From: a plasmid
Sequence record: CP080654.1
DNA: 64,000 bases
Direction: 5' to 3' (one strand)
Made by a program: the position numbers and the translations under genes. This document shows, piece by piece, positions 45,602 to 55,546 of this stretch. The notes beneath the pieces were generated by a model, which saw nothing but the letters and a program-made list of their open reading frames with translations, was not told the DNA's origin and ran no database searches. Each line of letters begins with the position of its first letter. The first letter of the stretch is position 1.

Positions 45602-46633
45602 TTGAGGCACAATAAACCATCATTCGCTGATGGTTTTTTTATGCCTGTTCAAGACGTTATTCCCCCCTATGAGCAGATGTACCTGCTAAATCAGCAGCTG
45701 ATCTGCAACGCTGACCAGTTCAAACATGCCGTTATCACAGTTGGCGGTCAGGCTGTGCAATACTGGATATCCTATTATCATGCACAATACGGCGACAGAT
45801 TGCCTGATGAGCGCCTCACCACATCTGTTGACTGCGACTACAGCGCCCGGAAAGATGATATTGCGGCTATAGCAAAAACGCTCAACGTTAAGACGTGGGA
45901 GAACAAAGACGGTCAGCCCCCATCCCTTGCGCAGTTTATGCTTATCGATCAGGATACACACGATATCAAACGGGATGATGGACGCTTATTTGCCGTACCG
46001 GATGCGCCTGACGAGCCAAATGTGGTGGATATTATCGACCGCCCCGGAGGCTTTGACCGTTCTGATTTTCAGGGGAAAAAGCTTTACCTGTATACCGCCC
46101 CGTTTTATGTAGAAGCAACCGGCCCCGGCATGCCTGAAATGAATGAAAAGGTAAGGGTATTGAACCCTGTTGCCTGTATGCGCTCGCGCTTTAGCAATCT
46201 GATTGCCTTGCGCCGTGATGCTGAAATTGAAATTGCGCGTATTAACGCGCTCAAGATCCCGTGTTATTTCTTTCTCATCGAACAGTTTGATGAACAGCCG
46301 TTCAAAGTTGCACGAGGAATCTTTATGGATTTATGGAGGCTCGCGAATGACGAAAGCTGTCTGCGCCATCAGGCCTTCTGGCATAGCTGGCAGGGGCCGC
46401 TTCTTGAAGGGCAACAAAGTAACAACATCACTCTGATTGATGTGTTGGAAGGCGTACATGTATACCTGGAAGGGCATCTTGATGACTTTGAAATACCGGA
46501 AGCCTTTGTCACCAAAGAAGTACCGCTAAAGCTCGCACAGCTGCGTGAACGCTGGGAGCGTTACGTGGTACTCAATGCTGAATGGGCAGCAAGAGGGCGC
46601 AGGGGATTTGAACGTAATCCCCGTGATGATTAG
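45602..46633 (+). CDS. Hypothetical protein with Pol-beta-superfamily nucleotidyltransferase-like motifs (start may be TTG 45602 or ATG 45641)
   Basis: ITVGGQAV...TTSVDCDY...FMLIDQD resembles hG[GS]...DxD...hDh; 9 nt after the small ORF stop. Confidence 0.45.
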   Translation: MRHNKPSFADGFFMPVQDVIPPYEQMYLLNQQLICNADQFKHAVITVGGQAVQYWISYYHAQYGDRLPDERLTTSVDCDYSARKDDIAAIAKTLNVKTWENKDGQPPSLAQFMLIDQDTHDIKRDDGRLFAVPDAPDEPNVVDIIDRPGGFDRSDFQGKKLYLYTAPFYVEATGPGMPEMNEKVRVLNPVACMRSRFSNLIALRRDAEIEIARINALKIPCYFFLIEQFDEQPFKVARGIFMDLWRLANDESCLRHQAFWHSWQGPLLEGQQSNNITLIDVLEGVHVYLEGHLDDFEIPEAFVTKEVPLKLAQLRERWERYVVLNAEWAARGRRGFERNPRDD

Positions 46634-46689
46634 CCTCCTTTGGGCTGAAAAATTTGCGCATGTGCAAATCACCGGAGCACACGCTAATA

Positions 46690-46821
46690 GGCCGTTCAGA
46701 AGGTGAGCGTCAGGCCACTCTGAAAATTGACCGCACCATGCTGCAGAACGGCATTGACCGCAATACCGTCATGAAAATGACCGGTCTGACTGAAGACGAC
46801 CTGGCGCAGATCCGCCACTAA
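46690..46821 (+). pseudogene. C-terminal remnant of an Rpn/YhgA-like (transposase_31) gene, truncated by a Tn3-family IR
   Basis: ...EGERQATLKIDRTMLQNGIDRNTVMKMTGLTEDDLAQIRH* ; no upstream start. Confidence 0.35.
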
Positions 46822-46823
46822 TC

Positions 46824-46861
46824 GGGGGCTGATGCTCAGTCGAACGAAAACTCACGTTAGG
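46824..46861 (+). repeat. Orphan Tn3-family 38-bp terminal inverted repeat (34/38 identical to the Tn3 IR)
   Basis: GGGGGCTGATGCTCAGTCGAACGAAAACTCACGTTAGG. Confidence 0.7.
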
Positions 46862-46872
46862 CGAGAGAAGTC

Positions 46873-46990
46873 GTCTGAAAAATCGATTAATGGACAATGG
46901 TGTCCATTAAGTGCCATTTGCCGATTAAAAACACACCGCTTTAGGCACATTTTTCACTGTCCACAATATTCTGATTTATCGGACAAAAAG
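46873..46990. promoter_or_regulatory. Serine-resolvase res-like site (two palindromic subsites) with no resolvase gene
   Basis: TTAATGGACAATGGTGTCCATTAA (46873-46896) and TGTCCACAATATTCTGATTTATCGGACA (46952-46979), the latter resembling gamma-delta/Tn3 res site I. Confidence 0.55.
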
Positions 46991-47029
46991 TCCTTAACGT
47001 GTGAAACCGTTCCGTTGAGCGTCAAACCC

Positions 47030-47641
47030 CTAATCCCCCTTTCCTGGCACTCCCTGTCCGGCCATCAGCGTAAACAGGTGGGGCAGGGAGGTATTCCTTT
47101 CAGGCGCTGCCAGCCAGCCACAGCGGCTGAACAGCGGCATCAGGTCTGCCACATTCCCGGTCAGACGCGTCAGCAGCGGATTTATCTGTCGGCCATTGTC
47201 GTCAAAGGCCGCATCGAGGTGAGTCCGGGAGAGATAAATGCCGTTCACGCCGGCATTCAGGGTGACGGCATACCGGCCGGCCCATTCCCTGTCGTTCAGC
47301 AGGCGGTAGTTCCAGAGCATATCCTTCGCAGTTTCCAGGGCATACGTCAGCCGGAACAGGTCGTTCTGTTCAGACAGCTCGCCGGAGCAGGAGCGCCAGA
47401 GGTAATCCATTTTTTCGGGCAGTCTGGCCTTGATGCCATGCCGTCGCCCCTGAGCCAGCAGCCAGCTGATGTCCTGCGAGACCTCCCGCGGAAAACGCCG
47501 CTGCTTCAGGGCCGTGGCCAGCCAGCGGGTGAGAAAGAGGTTTGCCTGAGCAGCCGACCGGACGCCGCCGTCCTGCCGGGCCAGCGCCAGGGCAATCAGG
47601 CCGCACCAGGCAAGGTGCCCGGACTTATTCAGTTTCGTCAT
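47030..47641 (-). CDS. Hypothetical protein (203 aa), second gene of the FinO-paralog operon
   Basis: GGGAGA SD 8 nt upstream of MTKLNKSG; overlaps upstream gene by 17 nt. Confidence 0.45.
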   Translation of the reverse strand: MTKLNKSGHLAWCGLIALALARQDGGVRSAAQANLFLTRWLATALKQRRFPREVSQDISWLLAQGRRHGIKARLPEKMDYLWRSCSGELSEQNDLFRLTYALETAKDMLWNYRLLNDREWAGRYAVTLNAGVNGIYLSRTHLDAAFDDNGRQINPLLTRLTGNVADLMPLFSRCGWLAAPERNTSLPHLFTLMAGQGVPGKGD

Positions 47642-48188
47642 GGTTTTTTTTCTCCCTGGCCGCCCGGGAGAGGTCCATTTTCGCCCTGATTCGGGAGACC
47701 TGGAGGCGGGCATACTCCGCCTCCGGCGCGGTTACCGTGCCCACGGGCTCACCGTGAATGTCATAGCGGGGGGTTCCTTCCTTCAGGCAGCGCTGGTACT
47801 CAATGCGGCTGGTAACAGTCCGGATGGCCTGTATCCACGTCCCGAATGTCATGCCGCAGTCAGGATGCGCATCGATGTACGCCTTCACCTGCTCTTTAAT
47901 CCCCACCTTCATGGGCCGGAATTTCCCCTTCTCAAACTCCGGCCACAGTGCCGGAAAGGTTCTGGCAAAGAGCGCCATTCTGTCGCGGCTTTTCTGCGCA
48001 TGCCGGTTCCGTTTATCCGGAGAGCGGGCCGTCGTGTTTTTCGCATCCGGGGTATCAGGCGCGGCAAGAGCCGCCGGGGCTCCGGTGGTTATCTCCCGGA
48101 GAGGGGGGGCAGGATGTGTCTGTCCGGATTCAGGGTCTTTCAGACGTGATTTTCTGACCACAATCACAGGGGCTTTTTTCTCGGTCAT
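47625..48188 (-). CDS. ProQ/FinO-domain RNA chaperone paralog (FopA-like), distinct from tra finO
   Basis: MTEKKAPVIVVRKSR... N-terminus parallels FinO MTEQKRPVLTLKRK; C-terminal FinO-domain similarity to the finO at 54076. Confidence 0.65.
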   Translation of the reverse strand: MTEKKAPVIVVRKSRLKDPESGQTHPAPPLREITTGAPAALAAPDTPDAKNTTARSPDKRNRHAQKSRDRMALFARTFPALWPEFEKGKFRPMKVGIKEQVKAYIDAHPDCGMTFGTWIQAIRTVTSRIEYQRCLKEGTPRYDIHGEPVGTVTAPEAEYARLQVSRIRAKMDLSRAAREKKNHDETE

Positions 48189-49149
48189 AAGGGACTCCGG
48201 GGGCAGTGTTGTCACCGTCTGATTATATCATAATACCATGTTTCTGTTACGAATTATGTATCCGGAATGTCTTGTTTTTCGGGTTTTCAGATGCGCGGTG
48301 TACGAAACTATCAGGCTGTCGGTTTGTGGTTTTGCTTACTTTCGGACACACAGGCGGCATGGTGTACGTAATCGCTCGATTTCGGACACAGAAACGCTGT
48401 AGCCCCGCAATCCGAGGGTTCGCTAATAGCCGTCTGGTCAAAAAGTAGTCTTAGCGTAAGTTATTTTCCCTTTTCCAGGCGGCCCCCTGATGCGCGTAGC
48501 GCATGGGAGCGAAGCGATACGACCGCGCAGTATTGCGCGGGGTTTTTCTTTTCCGGCTCAGAAGTGAGTGAATCACTTAAGTCAAATGACCAGAAGCAGG
48601 TTAATACGGTAGTTCACCCCCCCTTCCTGCCAGACAATAGCGGATTGTCAGTGTCACAGGAGGTTCTGTACGCGGTCGGAGTGGTCACGACAAGGCGCAG
48701 CCGCCGTCGGGGCGTATCTCCGCGTTAGCGGGCCGTGAGGGCCGCTTACGAGCGTGTTACTCAATACTTACAGCGACACTACTTACCGCGACGCACAACT
48801 ATAGTTACAACACCCATCATTAAAAGCGACACTACTCCCGGCCTTCGGCCGGGGGCGGCGGCGCTTTTCAGTGGTGGGGAGGGGCACCTGGCTGGCAAAC
48901 CGGCGCCGGTTTTATGACGGATTTCCTTTTGAATGCTGTAACTAATGTGGTTCTCCGGTCGGGGCCCGTCGCGAAGCGATGGGAGCTCTCTCTGGTGTTG
49001 CCGAACCGTCGCGACCGTCAGGTCGCTGCAAGGGCGGGGATTCTCCGCAGCCTGTCCACAGGGCAGGCGATGAACAGGTTATTTGTTTACAGGATTTATT
49101 AAAGGATCTTTAAAAGAGGTACAGAGCTGGTGTTTAAAAGGAACCACGC

Positions 49150-49400
49150 GCCCTGAAAGCCCGACGGCATGTGCTTTGTGCGTATCACGGTTGTAGCCTA
49201 ATGAAATACTCCCTTGCAGTTATATGTGGATAACAGAAATCGGCCGTCAGAAGTGACGCCGGCGATAACATTTAAGGCCACGTTGACGCCAGGAAGACCG
49301 GAATTATGGTGAGGAATGCAGGCCTGAAGATAAGATAATACGTAGTAGCCGGCCAACAGGCGTGCGAAAGCCTCCGGCGCCGGCCGGATTTTTTAAAGAA
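49150..49400 (-). other. oriR: IncFII oriR region downstream of repA1 (DnaA box TTATCCACA at 49230-49238)
   Basis: Position relative to repA1; tgtggataa; AT-rich stretch 49100-49140. Confidence 0.55.
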
Positions 49401-49406
49401 GGAATG

Positions 49407-50264
49407 TTATAGGGGGGCAGTGGCCAGCCGCGTGTAGTTGTTTCCGCGCGACAGCAGCATGCGCTCCTGCACACGGCGCTCAACCTCACGCTTCAGCGCT
49501 TCTTTATCGCCCCTGAAGCGGCCGGTGGCGTATTCGCGGGTCAGTTGCTGACGCACGCGCGTCTCGATGTCATGACGCTGCCGTGATGCATCCCGCCGTG
49601 CAGTATCCCGCTTCCGGCCGTGAGATTTACGCTCAGCCTGATAGCTGCGAAAACGCTCACGCACGAACCGCCACGCTTTTGCGATCAGCTCGTCCATCTC
49701 CAGCGGTTTCAGTTTCTGCTTTTTGCGCTGCAGGTTTTCCCACTCCACACGGCTGCGGCGCGCGGCCACCACAGCCACCTCAGAAACGTCAAGCGCGGAA
49801 AACAGAGCCGGGGTGAAGGTGATATCGGTCGGGATGTTACAGCCGATCTGCGGGTCATATTCCGTCTGATAGGTGATGAGCCCCAGCTCCGCCAAAAACT
49901 TCAGCGCCCGCGTGGCACGGCTGACTGACAGGTTGCCGCTCCTTGACTCGGTGGCCAGTCCACACTCGATGGCCATATTGGTAATCGAGCGCTGCACGCG
50001 ATTGGCCAGCGGATCATAGTGAAAACACATTGCCTGCAGTAGCGCGTCAATTGCACGCCGGCGCAACAGTGGTGGCATCCTGTGCCGCTTACCCAGCGAA
50101 CGCAAAAACGCCACATGAATGGAAAAATCAAAACGGGACGTGAAGCCTTCGGCTTTCGCCATCAGCTTACGGCAGAACGGCAGGGTCTTTTTCCCTTCTC
50201 GCGGCGTGAAAACCGGGTTCGGGTTTTTAACCTGTGAATAGTGGTTTTGAAGGATATCAGTCAC
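49407..50264 (-). CDS. repA1: IncFII replication initiator RepA1
   Basis: 285 aa [24 protein letters not shown]... near-collinear with R100 RepA1. Confidence 0.95.
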   Translation of the reverse strand: MTDILQNHYSQVKNPNPVFTPREGKKTLPFCRKLMAKAEGFTSRFDFSIHVAFLRSLGKRHRMPPLLRRRAIDALLQAMCFHYDPLANRVQRSITNMAIECGLATESRSGNLSVSRATRALKFLAELGLITYQTEYDPQIGCNIPTDITFTPALFSALDVSEVAVVAARRSRVEWENLQRKKQKLKPLEMDELIAKAWRFVRERFRSYQAERKSHGRKRDTARRDASRQRHDIETRVRQQLTREYATGRFRGDKEALKREVERRVQERMLLSRGNNYTRLATAPL

Positions 50265-50329
50265 CGCTTCCTGCGCTTATGTTGCACAGAAGGAGCGAAT
50301 GACACAGAAACTGATCTTGAAGTTTTCTG

Positions 50330-50425
50330 AGCATGTACATATACTCCCTGCATAGAGCAACACGTTCTATGCAGTTTATGAAGGCCCCGTTAATCTTTTC
50401 GTTCCGCCAAGATTGAAGAAGATTA
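50330..50425 (+). ncRNA. copA: Candidate CopA/Inc antisense RNA of the FII replicon
   Basis: Stem-loop ctgcatagagcaacacgttctatgcag in the repA1 leader, antisense orientation; terminator-like cggggtttttgc. Confidence 0.35.
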
Positions 50426-50565
50426 TCGGGGTTTTTGCTTTTCTGGTCCCGGGTAGATACCTCATCAGAACCAGTTCCCTGCCACCTTACGGCGTGGCAC
50501 ACCAAAAACTCTACTCTCGCAGCAATTTAACACTCATCGGGTAAAGGTTCAAGAAAGTAAGCCCA

Positions 50566-50817
50566 TTAAGCTATGTTTCTGGCTAATGCTTCGCGGTGGA
50601 TCAACCGGGACAGTACTTCAGCCTGTGTTAACCCATCGTCATGACACATTTTCATCAATATTTCTTTGAGCTGTGGTTCCAGAAACACTTTAACTTCTTT
50701 ATGGGTGGCCCTTTTCTTTGCCACTGAAGATCGCTGTTTATCAGCAGCGCTAAGTGGGTTCCCTTTTCGGTAGGGACGTTTCGATGAGGAAGTAACTCCG
50801 TTAACGACCTGTGACAT
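50566..50817 (-). CDS. repA2: RepA2/CopB transcriptional repressor of repA1
   Basis: 84 aa; KGNPLSAADKQRSSVAKKRATHKEVKVFL... parallels R100 CopB. Confidence 0.8.
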   Translation of the reverse strand: MSQVVNGVTSSSKRPYRKGNPLSAADKQRSSVAKKRATHKEVKVFLEPQLKEILMKMCHDDGLTQAEVLSRLIHREALARNIA

Positions 50818-50952
50818 CTCTGCCTCCTCAAGCATTAAACCAAATACCTGGACAAAGATACTACATGTCTTTATAGGCAGCGAGAGCACACATTAATTTA
50901 ATGTAAAATACATTTTCCTGTTGGCGCAGAAAAAATGTGTTCAATGTGATCG

Positions 50953-51513
50953 TTAGTACGATGAATACCAGTCAGTACCGCCATTCCAGCGGGACTGCCA
51001 GTGCCGCAGATAGTGTTGAGCAACGACTGGAACATCCCACACGACAAGCACGTTCTCTGAATTGACCCGATCAGCGGCTCGAGTGTAGTTAAAAGACCCC
51101 ACTTCAACATTACGGCCGTCAGCAATAATGACTTTATCGTGCATGATTTTGTACTGCGACACTGTGCGAACCGGGATACCGGCATTGACCAGAAGATTCA
51201 TGGCCGCCAGACTCGCCTTGTTTTGCCTGCCTGTATTGGCTTTCCAGTCCAGAACCACTTTCACATCGAGACCACGCTGTTTTGCCCTGACAAGCGCGCC
51301 GGCGACTTCGGGTGAGGTGAAGGAATAGCCCATCAGCCGGATTTCCTGCTGTGCAGAATTAATAGTCTTCAGGACCAGCTGCAGAGCCGTTCCTTCCGGC
51401 GAATACCCCGTCTCGATGCTGGCGGCATACACGGCCGGAACGGGTGCAAACAAAGACAGGCTGATAAGCCCGTACAGACAACATCTGCGGAGCGTACGGT
51501 TCATTTTTTTCAC
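50953..51513 (-). CDS. nuc: Phospholipase-D-family nuclease (Nuc-like), secreted
   Basis: Signal peptide; HKD motif MHDKVIIADG. Confidence 0.75.
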   Translation of the reverse strand: MKKMNRTLRRCCLYGLISLSLFAPVPAVYAASIETGYSPEGTALQLVLKTINSAQQEIRLMGYSFTSPEVAGALVRAKQRGLDVKVVLDWKANTGRQNKASLAAMNLLVNAGIPVRTVSQYKIMHDKVIIADGRNVEVGSFNYTRAADRVNSENVLVVWDVPVVAQHYLRHWQSRWNGGTDWYSSY

Positions 51514-51607
51514 AGTATTTCCTTAACGGGTGTTTAAGAAACGCCGGGAGCGGGGAAACTGGCTTTTCCCCGTTCCCGGGGTTGGACAACGACGCGATGC
51601 GGAGGCG

Positions 51608-51916
51608 TCAGGATTTTGTGGTATGACGAAACCAGTAGCAGACGGGTCCGTCGCCGGTATCGTGGACAGATCCCAGAAACCAGCCATCATCATCCGGTGG
51701 CTCCGGTATCCAGCCACGGGCATCCGGGGCTTCATCCGTAAATCCGGCAGCGAAAGCTTCAGGCGCTTCATCGCGCATTGTCATCACAAAGCACTGTAGT
51801 TTATGGGTTCTGAGCCAGTAACTTAATTCTGCGGAAGTTTCACAGCCACTTCGTACCAGCGCAGGATGTGTCCAGTACCCCTGTTCATCACGTTTCACTT
51901 CGGCGGCGATAATCAT
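51608..51916 (-). CDS. Hypothetical protein (102 aa)
   Basis: Overlaps the upstream gene stop by 4 nt. Confidence 0.4.
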   Translation of the reverse strand: MIIAAEVKRDEQGYWTHPALVRSGCETSAELSYWLRTHKLQCFVMTMRDEAPEAFAAGFTDEAPDARGWIPEPPDDDGWFLGSVHDTGDGPVCYWFRHTTKS

Positions 51917-52563
51917 TTTTCTTTCTCCTTGTGTTCGCTATGCTTTGTCGTTGATTTCATAACGCTTATGGATTTTTCTTCAGCACCGGCTTCCCGGTAT
52001 TTCAGAAACTCTACGACCTTTCTTACCAGACTCTCCGAATCCCGATCGCGTAGTAGTGGAATGCCGGCCTGCCTCAGAACCTCTTCCAGCAGAATATCGC
52101 GCCGGATACGGTGTTTTTTCTGGTGTGAGGCATCATCCAGTTCAACTGCGCCGATGATAGCGAAGGTATGGATGTCAACGATGACCACATCGCAGTGCCA
52201 CTGTGATGCCATCCGGAAGAGTTGCCACCAGGTCCGGGATCGTGGCCGGATATGGGGAGAGAGTGTGGCAATATCTGCCACCCGGACCTGAGGACACAAC
52301 AGCCAGCGTGTTCGGCTGGTATGCCTCAGCAATGCCCGGAAAAAATGTTGTTCCCGTGGCGTCATCAGTGTGTCATTACCCACCCAGACCCGCTGGCGAC
52401 ACAACCGTTGCTCAGCCTCTGAGGGGCGAATACCCAGGGCTTTCAGTGACCTCAGAACCGGGGAAGTCTTCGTTACTGCGCGTCCTTTCAGAAGCAGCAC
52501 CAGAAATCCCAGCAAACTCAGCACAACAACGGTACTGCCCGCCATCATTAATATCTTTGCCAT
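51913..52563 (-). CDS. DUF2726-domain protein (NERD/nuclease-related fold), N-terminal TM anchor
   Basis: MAKILMMAGSTVVVLSLLGFLVLLL then WHCDVVIVD...AVELDDASH block typical of DUF2726. Confidence 0.5.
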   Translation of the reverse strand: MAKILMMAGSTVVVLSLLGFLVLLLKGRAVTKTSPVLRSLKALGIRPSEAEQRLCRQRVWVGNDTLMTPREQHFFRALLRHTSRTRWLLCPQVRVADIATLSPHIRPRSRTWWQLFRMASQWHCDVVIVDIHTFAIIGAVELDDASHQKKHRIRRDILLEEVLRQAGIPLLRDRDSESLVRKVVEFLKYREAGAEEKSISVMKSTTKHSEHKEKEK

Positions 52564-52618
52564 GTATTTTATTCCCTGATGTTCCTTTCTTTCCCGATGC
52601 GTTTTCCTGTCGTCTTCC

Positions 52619-53263
52619 TCATCTTTCTGTCCCTCTTCTGATAAGGCAGAACTCTGCCGGCAGCCTGTCGAGCAACGCGCGGCGAAATACATTCGGCAGT
52701 CCTCTCCCGGCTACAACATCAGCAATCAGAACTGATATGACGCTAATCTGCAGGAAGTGGCACAGGACAAAACCAATCTGATGCACCAGTTCCGCAGCAG
52801 GCATATTACGAAGAGCATTAATCAGCCGGATGGCATCCTGTGGGGAACCCCAGGCGAGAATACCGATACCGACCAGCATCACCGCCGGCGTATACAACAG
52901 CCCCCGGCTGATAACCCGTCCGGTCAGGCCTGTAAGCTCACACCTTTGCTGGCGAAACACCTCATCATCCCGGAGGATTTCCCATTCCAGCCGGGCCTTT
53001 TCATGGCGCGGCACCTCGGCCACCACCTGAATACCGTCGCGAATACTGACCAGCGGTGAGACCTCTGGCTTTCTCATCCGGTCGATGTGCCGGGTGTACA
53101 GGGCCAGACCGGCCCAGAACAGCGCGACAGATAACGCAACCAGATAAAATCCGCTTGCCCGGGATACAGGAGAAAATAAAACCATCTGAACCAGTGCCAG
53201 CGCGCAGCCGTATAAATAACAGAATAACTGCTGCTCAGGGCGCAGAATGAAATATCTGAACAT
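52619..53263 (-). CDS. Hypothetical inner-membrane protein (214 aa)
   Basis: 4-5 hydrophobic segments. Confidence 0.4.
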   Translation of the reverse strand: MFRYFILRPEQQLFCYLYGCALALVQMVLFSPVSRASGFYLVALSVALFWAGLALYTRHIDRMRKPEVSPLVSIRDGIQVVAEVPRHEKARLEWEILRDDEVFRQQRCELTGLTGRVISRGLLYTPAVMLVGIGILAWGSPQDAIRLINALRNMPAAELVHQIGFVLCHFLQISVISVLIADVVAGRGLPNVFRRALLDRLPAEFCLIRRGTER

Positions 53264-53312
53264 ATTGATTCCTTTTTAGATAAAAATAACATTCACAGCC
53301 GTCTTAATTTCA

Positions 53313-53915
53313 TTATCGCCAGACCACTGTTTTCTCATACACCGCAATCACACCACGCCTGATTAATTCCTCTTTAACGCGACCATAAAGCGCCATGCCT
53401 TTTGTATTACCGGACAGGGATTTAATATAATTCATCAGGGATGAAGTATTCGCCGGGCGGTTCCCTGCAGATTTTTTACTTAATGACTGGACTTTATCGG
53501 TCAGGTGCAGCACTTCATCGTTACTGATTACCATAGGTGCCGCCTTCGGTTTCTCTGCAGAGCAAGGCGATGGTATACGGCAACATCGTCTCCCCGCCCT
53601 GCATAGCTCGGCAATGACGCCATCATAGCCTTTATCATTCGAGATAATATGAAATATCGTCTCTTCCGGTGCAGTCGCGCTAAGTCTTCCCAGCTCAAAC
53701 ACCAGATGGAAGTCCACATTATTTTTTGACACATTTGCAACCTGGAATACGCTTACCGATATATCACCTGCATACGTTACAGCTGGAAAACGTATAAACT
53801 CCTGCTGAGGCCCGGTAAATAAAATAAGGCGTTCATAACGGGACAGACGGACACTTTCAAGTGTACCAATATTTTCATAATCTACGAGAGCAATAATTTT
53901 TTCAGTCATCGTCAT
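53313..53915 (-). CDS. Hypothetical protein with NYN/PIN-like N-terminal domain
   Basis: IIALVDYENIG...HIISNDKGYDGVI matches acidic NYN-domain signatures. Confidence 0.4.
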   Translation of the reverse strand: MTMTEKIIALVDYENIGTLESVRLSRYERLILFTGPQQEFIRFPAVTYAGDISVSVFQVANVSKNNVDFHLVFELGRLSATAPEETIFHIISNDKGYDGVIAELCRAGRRCCRIPSPCSAEKPKAAPMVISNDEVLHLTDKVQSLSKKSAGNRPANTSSLMNYIKSLSGNTKGMALYGRVKEELIRRGVIAVYEKTVVWR

Positions 53916-54075
53916 CCAGAATCTGTCTGCACGGACAGTTATGATGCCGCAGCCTGTAATGCGGCAAATATAAAATGAATACCTGTTGCTATTTCAGGCA
54001 TACCCTCAGCTAATTTTCGTTACATCTATTAGCTGAGGATTCCCAGGTATAATTATCAGGAATGGGTAAATATAA

Positions 54076-54669
54076 TTAAAGGGTCTGACTCATCTTTCGT
54101 TCAGCTCGCAGCAGCTCCTTCATCATGCGCTCACTGGCGTACTGCGCTTCCTCTGCAGTGACGGTCGCAACGGCATTCCCCTGCAGATCATAGCGGGAGG
54201 CCCCCACCTTCATCCGGGACAGATAGCCCGCAGACCGGGTCAGACTCTTCAGGCACTTAATGACCTGTTTATGCGACAGCGGCAGGTCGCGGTTCACAAT
54301 GTCGGCAAACAGCTGCTCGCGCATTCCCGTCGCCAGCAGACGGGGTGAGTTTCCGTCGAACAGCTGTGGCCAGAATGCCTTCAGGGTCATGATGGCCTGT
54401 TCCGGCGGCAGCAGGCGAAGATAACGCACCGGAGGTGGCGTCTTTACCGCTTTATCCGGCGCCGGCGCAGCGTTGCGCGCGTCGGCTTCGGCCGCTTGTT
54501 TAGCCTTCTCAAGTTTCGCTTTCTTTGCCTTCCAGGCTGGCGGGGACGAGACCACCACGACCTTCTTTCGGCGCACCACACCAGGAGCAGGGGTTGCCTC
54601 TGCGGGGGCCGTGCTGTTCTCCGCCGGTTTTCGTTTCAGGCTCAGTACAGGGCGTTTTTCTTCTGCCAT
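54076..54669 (-). CDS. finO: Fertility inhibition protein FinO
   Basis: MAEEKRPVLSLKRK... FinO family; position after traX. Confidence 0.9.
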   Translation of the reverse strand: MAEEKRPVLSLKRKPAENSTAPAEATPAPGVVRRKKVVVVSSPPAWKAKKAKLEKAKQAAEADARNAAPAPDKAVKTPPPVRYLRLLPPEQAIMTLKAFWPQLFDGNSPRLLATGMREQLFADIVNRDLPLSHKQVIKCLKSLTRSAGYLSRMKVGASRYDLQGNAVATVTAEEAQYASERMMKELLRAERKMSQTL

Positions 54670-54740
54670 AACAATTGCCTATCGTTCAGTTAATAAGAGC
54701 TACTATACCTGAACGGTATCACCCTTTCCTGCTCCTGCGT

Positions 54741-55466
54741 TCACATTGAGACGACAATACCCAGTACCGCCAGGTGCACAGCATAGAACATTGCGAAGAA
54801 ATGCCGCGGCCAGAAACGTTTCACACGTTCTCCGGAAGATGAGCACACCATCAGCGTCAGCAGCGCAATCGCCAGCCCGGCCACTGATTCACTCACGTCA
54901 TGCATATTCATCAGCAACACCATGAGGGCCCACAGCACCCCGTACACCAGCCGTTCCGGTGCATGCTGTGCGCGACAAAGCAGCCAGCTGGCGGCGAGCA
55001 TGCCCACTCCGGCCATGCCGTAGCTGGCGGTCGACAGGGGTATCCAGATGACCAGTAGTCCAGCCGCCGGGAGGGTGTAATACCAGGACGGCTGACTGAC
55101 CCACCGCAGGACCTGGCCCGTGACGGCAAAGGCAAACAGAATATTCCCGGAATACCACGGGTATCCAATAAGCATAAACGACACCTGGGCGACCAGCGCC
55201 CAGCCCCACAGGCTGTTCAGCTGCGACTGGCGTATTTCCGCGTGCCGGGCCAGGTTCATTCCCCATGCCAGACCGAACAGCGGAAAACAACCCCGTCCCA
55301 GCAGGCGCATCACTTCATTGTTTCCGGCCAGCAGTAAGCCGGTGTGGTCCGTCACCATCAGTACCAGTGCGACCGTTTTAATCATATCCGTTTGTCCCGG
55401 TGTCCAGGTCAGCAGGCGCTGAAGCCAGCTGTCTGTCGCGCCTGGAAATGTGTGTTGTGCTCTCAT
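54741..55466 (-). CDS. traX: F-pilin acetylase TraX
   Basis: 241-aa polytopic membrane protein downstream of traI. Confidence 0.85.
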   Translation of the reverse strand: MRAQHTFPGATDSWLQRLLTWTPGQTDMIKTVALVLMVTDHTGLLLAGNNEVMRLLGRGCFPLFGLAWGMNLARHAEIRQSQLNSLWGWALVAQVSFMLIGYPWYSGNILFAFAVTGQVLRWVSQPSWYYTLPAAGLLVIWIPLSTASYGMAGVGMLAASWLLCRAQHAPERLVYGVLWALMVLLMNMHDVSESVAGLAIALLTLMVCSSSGERVKRFWPRHFFAMFYAVHLAVLGIVVSM

Positions 55467-55546
55467 GTTTTTTTTCCTTTTAGCGCTCCGGCAGACTGCC
55501 CGATTTTAATCGGGGAGGCTGCCGGAGCAGACAAGCCGCAGGCGCG

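Noticed and set aside
54004-54038. Palindrome CCTCAGCTAAT-N13-ATTAGCTGAGG after finO, considered as an intrinsic terminator
   Set aside because: No T-run on the finO (minus) strand after the stem; may still be a structural or processing site.
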